From assembly GCA_951406725.2 (NCBI GenBank), contig OX597838.1, positions 16,120,001 to 16,184,000 on the forward strand: DNA of 64,000 nucleotides, in the 5' to 3' direction. Of the stretch, positions 39,841 to 51,760 are shown one piece after another. The notes below the pieces were generated by a model. That model saw only the letters and a list, made by a program, of their open reading frames with translations, had not been told where the DNA came from and searched no databases. A program made the position numbers and the translations under genes. How positions within the stretch are numbered: the stretch's first letter is position 1; every line of letters starts with the position of its first letter. Source of the DNA: Octopus vulgaris (taxonomy: Eukaryota).

Positions 39841-39970
39841 CAAGCATTTCATTAGAATCTGGATTGGTACCTTCGCCCTCAACGATACGTTCTTCCTCCT
39901 GCGGTGGAAGTTCAACAGCTTTCTTCAAATTACTGCAATCTTGTGCAAGTTTTGGGCTATACAACTGTTT
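39841..39970 (-). CDS. unc-104: unc-104/KIF1A exon (130 nt)
   Basis: tctttgtcttcggtag| ... G|gtgagt. KQLYSPKLAQDCSNLKKAVELPPQEEERIVEGEGTNPDSNEML contains the KIF1 RIVEG motif; phase 0 to 1 is needed to join the flanking exons. Confidence 0.92.
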
Positions 39971-41330
39971 CTACCGAAGACAAAGACATAACTACAGCCT
40001 GGATAACGTCGAGAGGCTTATGGCAGTGTCGGTAGCTTCTTGTGCAATGAGACAGAATTAAGCTAACTAAAGTACCCCATCCACCCACCCACTCACTACT
40101 TGTATTATCAATGTGGAAATATCTTATGAAGGCACTGAATAAATGTTTTTTGATATCAATAATAGACTCTAAAGATTGATCTTTAAAAGTAATTAAAGGT
40201 AATTAGTAGAAAAATGAAGGCAAACACTAAAGTGCACAACCCTCAAATGTAAAATGCACAAACATCAACACACACATGTGCACATGCATACAAGTGCTTA
40301 CATCAACCCCCAGTGCATGACTGGTACTTTATTTTATCAACTTCAGAAGGATGAAAGGCAAAGTTGACTTCGATGTGATTTGAAATCTGAACATAAGGTG
40401 ATGTAACTAAGCAATGCAAGGCATTTTTTCCGACAGTCCACTGCCCTGATGATGATGATAATTTCTTACATAGGCACAAGACCACATATTTGGGAGAAAT
40501 AGCTAGTTATAATGACTACCCCCACCTCCTCTACCCCCAGTTCTTGACTGCAACTTTGACGAATCCCAGAATGATGAAAAGCAAAGTCAGCAATGGTGGG
40601 ATTTGAACTTAAAGCATAAAGGGGCTGTAACTAGATACCACAAGGCATTTCTGCCAATCTTCCAATTCAGATTTTGGCACAAGGCCTGCAATTTTGAAAG
40701 GAAATGGTTAGACAAGTACACTGCTTCCAGTATATGGCAGGTACTTTATTGTATTGACTCACAAAAGAATGAAAGGAAAAGTTGGCATTGACAGAATCTG
40801 AACTCAGAATGGAAAGAGCCCAAAGAAATGCCGCCAGGCATTTTGTCAAATGCACTAAAAATTCTGCCATCTTGCCACAATAGTAGTAGTAGTAGTAGTA
40901 GTAGCAGCAGCAGCAGTAGTAGTAGCAGCAGCAGCAGCAACAGCAGCAGCTCCAAAATCGGGCATAAGACCAGCAATTTTAGGAAGAAGGGTTAGTGAAC
41001 TACACTGACCCCCACTCACCAGTCATCCCCTAGCCCTTATTTTATCAATCTAATGATGATGATTTGGAATTTCAGTAACGCTTGAATTGGTGGGGGATGG
41101 AGTCATTAATTTAACTAAGGCCCTCTCCCCAGATTCTCGCTCCTTTCACTTAACTAGTACCTATTTTCTAAACCCCTAAAATGATGAATGACCAAACTAA
41201 CATAGGCAGAATTCAAAAACTGACTTAACACGTGTGCCCTTTTAAAATGACAATATACATGAAAGTTCAAGACAACATACATATTTAACCAATATATTTC
41301 TTTAGTTTTAATGAATAACAAAATCTAAAC

Positions 41331-41580
41331 CAGTGATTCTCAACCAGGGTCCATATAACCCTTGTGGGGCCCAAATAAGATTTTGCTGTTCTATATTTAA
41401 GAGATGAGGAATTATGTACATTATTTACATTCGATGGATATTTGTCCTCATCTTGTCTGTTGTCAACCCAATGTTTCGGCTAATATACCCTCCAGCCTTC
41501 CTCAGGTGTCTTGAGGAAATTTCGAACCTGGGTTCTCATTCCTAAGGTATTTTTCGATGTTATTATTGTTATTATTATTA

Positions 41581-41615
<35 letters not shown>

Positions 41616-42098
41616 GTTGTTGTTGTTCAGGTCACTGCTTGGAATCGAACTCGGAATCTTGGGGTTAGTAGCCCGTGCTCTTAACCACTATGCCATATGC
41701 CACAGGCATAAGGCGTAGTGATTATAATATAATACAATAATAATAATAATAATAATAACAACAACAATAATAATAATAATAACATTGAAGAATGCCTTAG
41801 GAAAGAGAACCCAGGTTCGAAATTTCCCCAAGACACCTGAAGAAGGTTGGAGGGTATATCAGCCGAAACATTGGGTTGACAACAAACAAGATGAGGACAA
41901 ATATCCATTGAATGTAAATAATGAAAATAAGATTTTGCTGTTAAAATTTATATCCAATAAATTGGTTGTACTCCTACAATGCACAAAATATTTTAATAAT
42001 TTTCTTTTAATACAATTCCTAATAATATTTAATTATGAATGGCTGTGAGGGTCCAGTAGTGTAAAGTAGGACTCAAATAAGATGGTTGAGAACCACTG
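41331..42098. mobile_element. hAT-type MITE with 8-bp TSD, carrying a nested insertion
   Basis: TIRs CAGTGATTCTCAACC / GGTTGAGAACCACTG; exact TSD atctaaac at 41323-41330 and 42099-42106. Confidence 0.9.
41391..41924. mobile_element. head-to-head palindromic tRNA-headed element with hammerhead-like motifs, 18-bp TSD
   Basis: TSD aaataagattttgctgtt at 41373-41390 and 41925-41942; inverted arms; A/B boxes at 41628-41701 (-); CTGA(A/G)GA...GAAAC in both arms. Confidence 0.8.
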
Positions 42099-42959
42099 AT
42101 CTAAACAAAATATTTTTACAGAATTTACGTAAATAAAAATGAACAAAAGTCATATAAAAACAATACACAAAAACAGAACAGAATGTGTGCGTGTGTGTTG
42201 TGTGTGTGCATGTGTGTGTGTGTGTGTCTGTTTTATTGTTGCTGTTTTTTAGACCAAGGTCAGCTTTGAGAAAGCAGTTCTAGTTCTGAGTATCTATCTT
42301 TTACTGGTTTCAGTCATCAGACTGTGGCCATGCTGGGGCACCGCCTTAAAGAAACTTTAGTTGAATGAATCAACCCCAGTACTTTCAATTCTTTTAAGCC
42401 TAGCACCTATTTTATTGATCTCTTCTGCCGAACTGCTAAGTTACAGTGGTGGGGGTGGAGTGGACAAACACACACACACACACACTTGACAGGCTTCTTT
42501 CAGTTTCCCTTTACAAAATCCACTCACAAGGCTTTGGTCAGCCCGAGGATATAGTAGAAGACACTTGTCCAAGGTGCCACGCAGTGACTCTGAACCTGGA
42601 ACCATGTGGTTGCGAAGCATGCTTCTTACCACACAGCCGCACCTGCATCATTCAAAATTTTTTCTCCTAAAAACACTGTACGTATGACCATGTTATACAT
42701 GTCATTTATTTTTCCTCTTTTTTTTTTTATCACTAAGATTGTGTGGCTGACAAAAAACATTTTGATACCAACTTGTAAATATGGAAATATTATTCTAATA
42801 GCTGTATATTATGAATCTTTGCTCATTATTTTATTTCATTTTGATTTCATACAGGAGTTTTTAAAAAATGTTTGGGTTATTTCTTTTAATTGGTTACTTC
42901 TAAGCCCTCAGATTATTTCTACATCGTGACATACAAATATGTATGTATATGTATATATA

Positions 42960-43190
42960 TTTCTTTACTGCCCACAAGGGGCTAAACATAGAGGGGACAA
43001 ACAAGGACAGACAAAGGGATTAAGTTGATTACATCAACCCCAGTGCGTAACTGGTACTTAATTTATCGACCCCGAAAGGATGAAAGGCAAAGTCGACCTC
43101 GGCGGAATTTGAACTCAGAACATAACGACAGACGAAATACCGCTAAGCATTTCGCCCAGCACGCTAACGCTTCTGCCAGCTCGCCGCCTG
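42960..43190 (-). mobile_element. SINE family D (GCCTTTCATCCTTTCGGGGTCGATAAATTAAGTACC core, Deu/Nin-like domain)
   Basis: Copies at about 60200-60425 (+), 27093-27300 (+), 46383-46590 (+), 46612-46825 (-), 49960-50170 (-), 50200-50405 (-) and 61050-61215 (-). The domain name is assigned from memory. Confidence 0.8.
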
Positions 43191-43285
43191 TCTATGTATA
43201 TGCATATATGTGTATGTGTATGCTTGAATATGTATGAATATAATGCATATATGTATGTGTGTGTGTGTGTGTGTGCAAGCATTTA

Positions 43286-43316
<31 letters not shown>

Positions 43317-43589
43317 TTATATATATATGCAAACATGTATATAACTACACATATACACACAAGTAATCTGCATGTGTATGCATTTAGATATATGCATATA
43401 TGTATGCATATATAGTAACTGTATATATTGCATGTCTCTAAGATACATTTGTGTATACATACATATGTATATATACATATATGCACGCACACACACATAC
43501 ATAAACACAAACATATACACAAATATACCCACACACAAGTAAACACATCAGGTGTGTTCAGGTAGATAGTGAAGGTAAATTGAACGCAC

Positions 43590-43678
43590 CTTTTCGAAGT
43601 AGTTATCATCATCAAAAGATATTTTGGCATTTCCAGATTGCTTGATTCCTGGAGCATAATCAACAGTGTCCTCTTTTT
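43590..43678 (-). CDS. unc-104: unc-104/KIF1A exon (89 nt), not in the ORF track
   Basis: poly-T tacag| ... AAG|gtgcgt. (E)KEDTVDYAPGIKQSGNAKISFDDDNYFEK resembles KIF1 'DYGSGxRQSGTAKISFD'; phase 1 to 0. Confidence 0.95.
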
Positions 43679-44662
43679 CTGTAAAAAAAAAATAAAACAA
43701 AATCAAATAAAACAAAAATTACTCTTTAATCCATACGTACCCCAAGCCATGTAGTGACAATATATTAAGAGTACCCATCTTTGTTGCTTGCTAACTCTTG
43801 TTATCTTCTACTTAAGTCATTGGACTGCGGCCATGCTGGGGCACTACCATGAATGGTTTTAGTCTAACTACTCAACCCTAGTACTTATGGGTTGTTTTTT
43901 TTTAAATCTGGTACTTAACTTATTAGATTCTTTTGTTGCTTTTGCTGAATCGCTAAGTTACGATGATGTAAGGACATAAACAAACCAACACCAGTTGCCA
44001 AGTTGTAGTAGGGCAAACACAAAGAGAAGGAACTCCATTAACTAAATTTGGAACTTAAAACATTAGGATTATTTCCTACAACACATTTACTATGTTAATA
44101 CCTCAAATATTAAATACTTAACATAGTAAAATCCAGGCAAGGTTGTTTATGGAAGACCAACAGTTGCCCAAGCATACCAGTTTCCCCTTTCCTTGCCACT
44201 GATGTTACCCATTTGCATCTGGCATAAAGCCACCATGCTCTCTATTACAACACAACTCAGTCAAGGAAGCATTTTCTTTGCCATATGACTTACTTGGCAA
44301 CCTTGCTAATGCCAAAGTCATTAAATAAAGCATCTAGTACACAAGGTAAAGTGATAAAATGATTGGAAATTCAGAAGGGCCTCCAACCATGAAAACAATG
44401 CCGAAGTAGACATTGGAGCTCAACACATTTCTCTATTTCATCACATCTTGTGAAACCACCCATACCATGTCAGCATGAAGGATAGACCCTTGATGATGAC
44501 AACGATGATGATGATAGTGATGGTGGTGATTATGATGATCATGATGATGATGATGGTAATGGTAATGGTGGTGGTAGTGGTGTTGATAATGATGATAAGG
44601 AACTTTATTCTACAGAGTATTTGGTCAGCAGAATGCAAAGAAGGGACCAAATGTCTTCTTAC

Positions 44663-44781
44663 CTGTCACAGCTTGGACAGCCACACATAGGTATCCTTTC
44701 ACATCTCCTTTCTCGTTGACAATGGCAACACGGTGTACCAAAGGAACCGGATAGAATAAATTACTCAAGTATACAAAGGAC
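44663..44781 (-). CDS. unc-104: unc-104/KIF1A exon (119 nt)
   Basis: ccaaaacag| ... G|gtaaga. [39 protein letters not shown]; phase 2 to 1 fits both neighbours. Confidence 0.97.
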
Positions 44782-44892
44782 CTGTTTTGGTGTTTTGGGT
44801 GGAGAAAGAACAAAATAGAAAAGAATAATTTAACAAACATATTTAAGGAAACAACATTTGATATACATATACACACACACAAATATATAGAC

Positions 44893-45111
44893 CAGTGCTT
44901 TTCAAACTTTTTGCTGGAGCGGAACCCCAAGGAAACATTCCACTGGCTCGAGGAACCCCTGTGCAATAATTTGATAGTCTTATGCACACATATCTGCACA
45001 GGAGACTTAAAAATTACTGCCGATTTTAGCAGTTTTGTAACTTCTTGCAGAACCCCTGCACTGTACTGGAGGAACCCTAAGGTTCCGCGGAACCCTGGTT
45101 GAAAACCACTG
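44893..45111. mobile_element. hAT-type MITE
   Basis: TIRs CAGTGCTTTTCAA / TTGAAAACCACTG; 8-bp TSD atatagac / atataggc (7 of 8 match). Confidence 0.85.
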
Positions 45112-45306
45112 ATATAGGCAAATACACTTTATATATCTTGACTCCAAGGAAGATATAGGATGTGGTACACAAGCAGTCAGTTCCGTATGCATTGCTTTTC
45201 ATAGAGGAAACAGTTGTAAGCTAATGAATGTGGTTACATAACTTCTGTTCTTTTGTCATTCAGTAACTGATCTCCCTTTCTTTGTGTGTGTGTGTGTGTG
45301 TATATA

Positions 45307-45372
<66 letters not shown>

Positions 45373-45653
45373 GAGAAAAATTGTAATTCAAATTGAAGTT
45401 ATAGCTACGAAACGCATGTAGTATTTTTTTCTTATTATATAATGCTTATTCATTTTTTTTGTATTTTTTTGTGATCTAGATATATGTTTTATAATATATT
45501 TTCTTTTTTCTATATGATATGGTTTATGTCTATCATTGTTTGAATTACATAATAGTGTTTTTTCTCTAATTTATATATATTATATATTTATATTGTGAAA
45601 TTTGATTTAATACTAAATCGAATTTTTCCCTGTAAGTTTGGAGTTATACTCCC

Positions 45654-45701
<48 letters not shown>

Positions 45702-45872
45702 TCATTCATGCACTTATACACACACACCAGATATGTATACATTTATGCACACATACTTGCTTATATATTCGATGCAAGTTATAGCAACACACAAATTAGA
45801 TTGTGACAAATAAATGGATTCAAGACATGGGTGTCATTAGACATGTTCAAATATCTCCTTAAAAGAGGGATA

Positions 45873-45909
<37 letters not shown>

Positions 45910-46029
45910 TACATACATACAAACATACATACATATAAGATAGATTTGCAGAACACACATACACACAATTTCACTTTTGTAGAAGAAAAAGAGGAAGAAG
46001 AAGTAAAAGAAGAAGAGTTGTGAATGTAC

Positions 46030-46167
46030 CTTCCTACAAGACGAAACCAGGGAAAGCGGTCATAAAACGGATCACCACCAGTCATGTTATCGATGCTTGG
46101 TTCGGGTGAAGTAGGGGAAAGCTCAGCCTCATTGTGGTACATCTCTCGCATCAGCTCCAGTCTTTGT
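46030..46167 (-). CDS. unc-104: unc-104/KIF1A kinesin-3 exon (138 nt), KIF1B-domain region
   Basis: ttgttctttgcag| ... AG|gtacat. [46 protein letters not shown] is a hallmark unc-104/KIF1A sequence. Confidence 0.97.
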
Positions 46168-48430
46168 CTGCAAAGAACAAGGAATTTAAAAAAAATAATA
46201 AAAATCATATAATTCTTGTTTTCTCTATAAGTTTTTGTTTGTAACATTTGCATGTTAGAAAAAAAATAACATTGTATTTTTAAGAATAATTCTTTTTTTT
46301 TTTTTATCGTGGAATAAATATGCAATAGATATTATTATTATCATTATCATTTTTACTATTATTATTATTATTATTATTATCAAAGCAATGAGCTGGCAGA
46401 ATCAGTAGCATGCTTGACAAAATGCTTAGAAATATTTCCTCTGTCTCTATCTTCTGGGTTCAAATTCAGCTGAGTTCAGTTTTGCCTTTTCATCTTTTTG
46501 GGGGTCAGTGAAATAAGTACTAGTTGAGCACTGAGGCTAATGTAATCAACTAACCCCTTTCTCCAAAATTTCAGGACTTGTGACTATAGTAAAAAGAATT
46601 ATTATTAATATTGGTTCGAAATTTTAGCATAAGACCAGCAAGTTCAGGGAGTGGGTAGGTCAATTACATCAGCCCTAGTGCTCAACTGGTACTTATTTTA
46701 TCGACCCAGAAAGGATGAAAGGCAAAATCAACCTCAGCAGGATTTGAACACAGAACATAAAGACAAACAAAATGGCACTAAATATTTTGTCCTGATACCA
46801 ATGATTCTCCCAGCTCACCACCTTAGAATTATTATTCATATTATTATTATTCTTTCTTTTATTTGTTTCAGTCATTTGACTGCGACCATGCCGGAGCACC
46901 GCCTTTAGTCGAACAAACTGACCTCAGGACTTATTCTTTGTAAGCCTAGTACTTATTCTATCGGTCTCTCTTGCCGAACCGCTAAGTGACGGGGACGTAA
47001 ACACACTAGCATCAGTTGTCAAGCGATGTTGGGGGGGACAAACACACACACACACATATATATATGATGGGCTTCTTTCAGTTTCCGTCTACCAAATCCA
47101 CTCACATGGCTTTGGTCGACCTGAGACTATAGTAGAAGACACTTGCCCAAGGTGCCACGCAGTGGGACTGAACCCGGAACCATTATTATTATTATCATCA
47201 TTATTATTAGTATTATTATTATTATTTATATTATTGTTGTTTTTTATGTCCCACCCTCCCCTTTCCCCCTTTTATTTACCATAACTGATCCTGTGAGAAT
47301 CCTACCACTGATTTTGTAATTTATGCTTTGTTCTTGTGACAAAGCTCTGGGTGGACAAAATGCTATATATGATATGGGATCAAATCCAGCCAAAGATCAA
47401 CTTTGCCTTACATCTTTCCAGCTTTTAAGAGTAAGGTTCCAGTTTTCTTAACTACGGTATTGATTAAATTCTAGGATTGCTGATAACCACTAAACCCTTC
47501 AACTCGAAAACTGCTAACCTTGTACCTAAATTAGAAATGATTAGTATATTCATTATCATCATCGTCAAGGAAGTCAACTGGCAGAACTGGTAGAGCATCA
47601 GACAAACTACCTTGTGGTGTCTGCTGCAGCTCTTTATGTTCTGAGTTCATAACCGCTAAGGACAACTTTGCCTTTCATTTCTTGGGGCAGCTTGTGAAGT
47701 TGTGATATTCATACTGTTCTAGGAAACACTTGAGACTACAGTAAAATCAAACCATTCTGACAAGAGAATTGAAAGCAGTTCTCAAACGGAATTTCTCAAG
47801 AACTCACTCCCACAAAAATTACAGTAGCCTGAATTACAAAAAAAAAGTGAAACTCTCTTTACACTCATTTACTCATTTAAGTCATTTGACTACGGCCATT
47901 TGAGCAAATCGACCCCAGGACTTATTATTTATAAGCTTCGTACTTATTCTGTCGGTCTCTTTTGCCAAACTGCTAAGTTACAGGGACGTAAACACACCAT
48001 CATCGGTTGTCAAGCGATGTTGGGGGGACAAATACAGACATACAAACATATATACACACATACATATATATACATATATACGACAGGCTTCTTTCAGTTT
48101 CCGTCTACCAAATCCACTCACAAGGCTTTGGTCAGCCCAAGGTTATAATAGAAGACACTTGTAGGGTAATTGTGAGAGGCTAGATCTGGCCAGTTCAAAA
48201 ATAAGACGGACAGAATATTTTGGCTGGATATGGCAGGTTTAAATACTAGGGGGTTGAAAGAGGAAATCTGAATCACAGTACCAAGGGAAATCTTGGGCAG
48301 GTTAGTATCAAAAAGGCAAAGACAAACATGATGGAAAGATCTGGAAATGAATGCATAGGACCAGGACATTTCTGGACCCTAACCTAACATAATCACTGAG
48401 TACCCATTTTTATAGACACAGGGTACACAC

Positions 48431-48830
48431 TCTTTACTCTTTTACTTGTTTGTCATTTGACTGCGGCCATACTGGAGCATCGCCTTTAGTCGAGCAAATC
48501 GACCCCGGGACTTATTCTTTGTAAGGCCAGTACTTATTCTATCGGTCTCTTTTGCCAAACTGCTAAGTGACGGGGACGTAAAAACACCAGCATCGGTTGT
48601 CAAGCAATGCTAGGGGGACAAACACAAACACACACATACATATATATATATAAATACATATATACGACAGGCTTCTTTCAGTTTCCATCTACCAAATCCA
48701 CTCACAAGGCATTGGACGGCCCGGGGCTATAGCAGAAGACACTTGCCCATGATGCCACGCAGTGGGACTGAACCCGGAACCATGTGGTTGGTTAGCAAGC
48801 TACTTACCACACACCCACTCCTGCGCCTAT
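48431..48830 (-). mobile_element. full-length family-B SINE
   Basis: Head ATAGGCGCAGGAGTG..GTGTGGTAAG on the minus strand, with a GGTTCAGTCCC B-box-like motif and the full tail. Confidence 0.9.
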
Positions 48831-49073
48831 CTTTCTTTAGTAAACATAAACAAATGCAAGATAGATGTAAATATATATAAGGAACATGAGAGACTTAAGG
48901 GAGAACACTATAAGGTAAAGAAAAAATAAATCATGCCAACTCATAATGGCCAATTTCTCGGTTTAATGGAACATAAATTCCCCACCAGTCCACTGAAGGA
49001 TAACTAATTTTTGCCAGTGGAATGGACTGGAGCATTGTGAAATGAAGTGTTTTGTTCAAGAACACATATAAGA

Positions 49074-49454
49074 GCACTCCGTCGGTTGCGACGATGAGGG
49101 TCCCAGCTGATTCAATCAACGGAACAGCTTGCTCGTGATATTAACGTGCAAGTGGCTGAGCACTCCACAGACATGTGTACCCTTAACGTAGTTCTCGAGG
49201 AGATTCAGTGTGACACACAGAATGTGACAAGGCTGGCCCTTTGGAATACAGGTACAAGAGAAACAGGAAGAAAGAGTGAGAGAAAGTTGTGGTGAAAGAG
49301 TACAGCAGGGTTCACCACCACCCACTGCCGGAGCCTCGTGGAGCTTTTTAGGTGTTTTCGCTCAATAAACACTCACAATGCCCGGTCTGGGAATCGAAAC
49401 CGCGATCCTCCGACCGCGAGTCCGCTGCCCTAACCATTGGGCCATTGCGCCTCC
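49074..49454 (-). mobile_element. tRNA-derived SINE, family C
   Basis: Reverse complement of the 31426 and 39182 elements. Confidence 0.9.
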
Positions 49455-49899
49455 ACTCAAGAACACAATGTGTTCAAGAATCAAAACCACAATCTTATGA
49501 TCAAGATTCCAACACCCTAACCACTAAGCTATGTGCCTCCATGGACAACACTATAGCATAAACATTACTTGAGGGATATCAATATAATGCAAAAGCCCTC
49601 AGTGGTAATCCACCAACACAGTAGGTTACAACTATGTGCATAATGACCATTGTATTGCTGGTATTACTAGAATCTATCAACTCCAGAAGAGAGAAAAATC
49701 AATAACAAATACTCATTAGATTTTAAGCAAAAAAAAAAAAAAAAAATTAAAAAAAGCAATATAATATAACAAGGTAACAAAAATCCTACATTCTACTCTC
49801 AAGGCTATCACTTATGACAAATAATAATTAAGGTAATTGAAATACTCAAAAACTAATTTATAAAGAATAATTGGATTACAATTACAACATCAATCAGTA

Positions 49900-49937
<38 letters not shown>

Positions 49938-50410
49938 TAATAACAATAATGATGATGATGATTTCAAATTTTGGCACAAGTCCAGTAATGTTGAGGAAGG
50001 GGATAAGTCGATTACATCAGTCCCAGTGTTCAACTGGTACTTATTTTATCGAGCCCGGATGATGAAAGGCTAAGTTGACCTTGGTGACATTTCAACTCAG
50101 AACATAAAGACAAATGAAATGCCACTAAGCATTTTACCCCACGTGCTAACAGTTCTGCCAGCTCACTGCCTAATAATAATAATAATAATAATAATAACAA
50201 TCCTTTCTCTTACAGGCACAAGGGCTGAGATTGTGGGGAGGGGACTAGTCGATTGCACTGACCCCAGTGCTTCACTGGTACTTAATTGATTGACCCCCTC
50301 AAAAGGATGAAAAGCACAGTGGAATTTGAACTCAGAACCAGCGATGGGCAAAATACCGCTAAGCATTTTCCACGACATGCTAATGATTCTGCCAGCTCAC
50401 CACCTTAGTA

Positions 50411-50460
<50 letters not shown>

Positions 50461-50661
50461 CCACAAATTGGTATGAATAACGCCTTTCCCAAATGCATCA
50501 TACATTATATATATTACCCATTCACTTGTACATATGTGTATGTGCATGTGTGTGTACACACACACATTGGTTTAACTGTATTGGTTGAATCAGCTCAATA
50601 GATGCTATTTATCACAAGAACAACAGTAACAGTACTAATAGCTATAGTTATAATAATAATA

Positions 50662-50703
<42 letters not shown>

Positions 50704-51334
50704 GTAATAATAATAATAATGATGATGATGATAATAAAATCATTTACAGCAACATTTTCAGAGAGAGTGAGCAAGAGATAGAACAAAATTAAAAACAAAG
50801 CGAAACATGATTGAAAAGCTAATGCAATTGATACAAAATGAAAAAAAATATTGCAGAAAAAAATATAAAAATAACTGACAAAAAATAAAATAAAATGAAT
50901 AAAATAAAATAAAATAAAATAAAATAAAATAAAATATAAAAAAAATAGCTACAAACAATTACAACAAAAAAATTAAGTGAAATATTGTCCAGCTTTGTTG
51001 ATAGAGAGCAGTAAAGCAAAAAACAGCATAAAATTGTGCCGCAGTGGCGCTGTGAGGAGCTGATAATTTATGTGTGTTCCTATCAGTATATACCCAAGGA
51101 ATATTTATTAAATGGTACTATTTCATGCAATTTTAATATGTTTCTTACATTATGAAACACAATGTACTGTCACAAACATTAATTTAATATGATGTAATGT
51201 TGAAATTAATTATGATGCTCATTAAACAGGAATAGGGTTTATAAATTCCACTAGATACAACACAAACACCACACACTAAGGACTAAGGTATTCAGAGCCT
51301 GCTCTGCTATTTCTGTTGCGTTCTCATTTCCTAT

Positions 51335-51760
51335 CTCTCTTTTTCTCTCTTTTTACTCTTCTTACTTGTTTCAGTCATTTGACTGTTGCCATGCTGGAGC
51401 ACCGCCTTTAGTCGAGCAAATCGACCCCAGGACTTATTCTTTGGAAGCCGAGTACTTATTCCATCGATCTCTTTTGCCGAACCGCTAAGTAACAGGGACA
51501 TAAACACACCAGCATCGGTTGTCAAGCAATGCTAGGGGGGCAAACACAGACACACAAACACACACACGCACACATACATACATATACATATATACGATGG
51601 GCTTCTTTCAGTTTCCGTCTACCAAATCCACTCACAAGGCATTGGTCGGCCTGGGGCTATAGTAGAAGACACTTGCCCAAGATGCCACACAGTGGGACTG
51701 AACCCGGAACCATGTGGTTGGTAAACAAGCTACTTACCACACAGCCACTCCTGCGCCTAT
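51335..51760 (-). mobile_element. full-length family-B SINE
   Basis: Near-identical to 48431-48830 and 23745-24152. Confidence 0.9.

Noticed and set aside
39493-39915. Heptad coiled-coil-like ORFs (SLFNELN / LNKELTS repeats)
   Set aside because: Translation of the 21-bp intronic minisatellite; the true exon uses another frame and ends at 39841.
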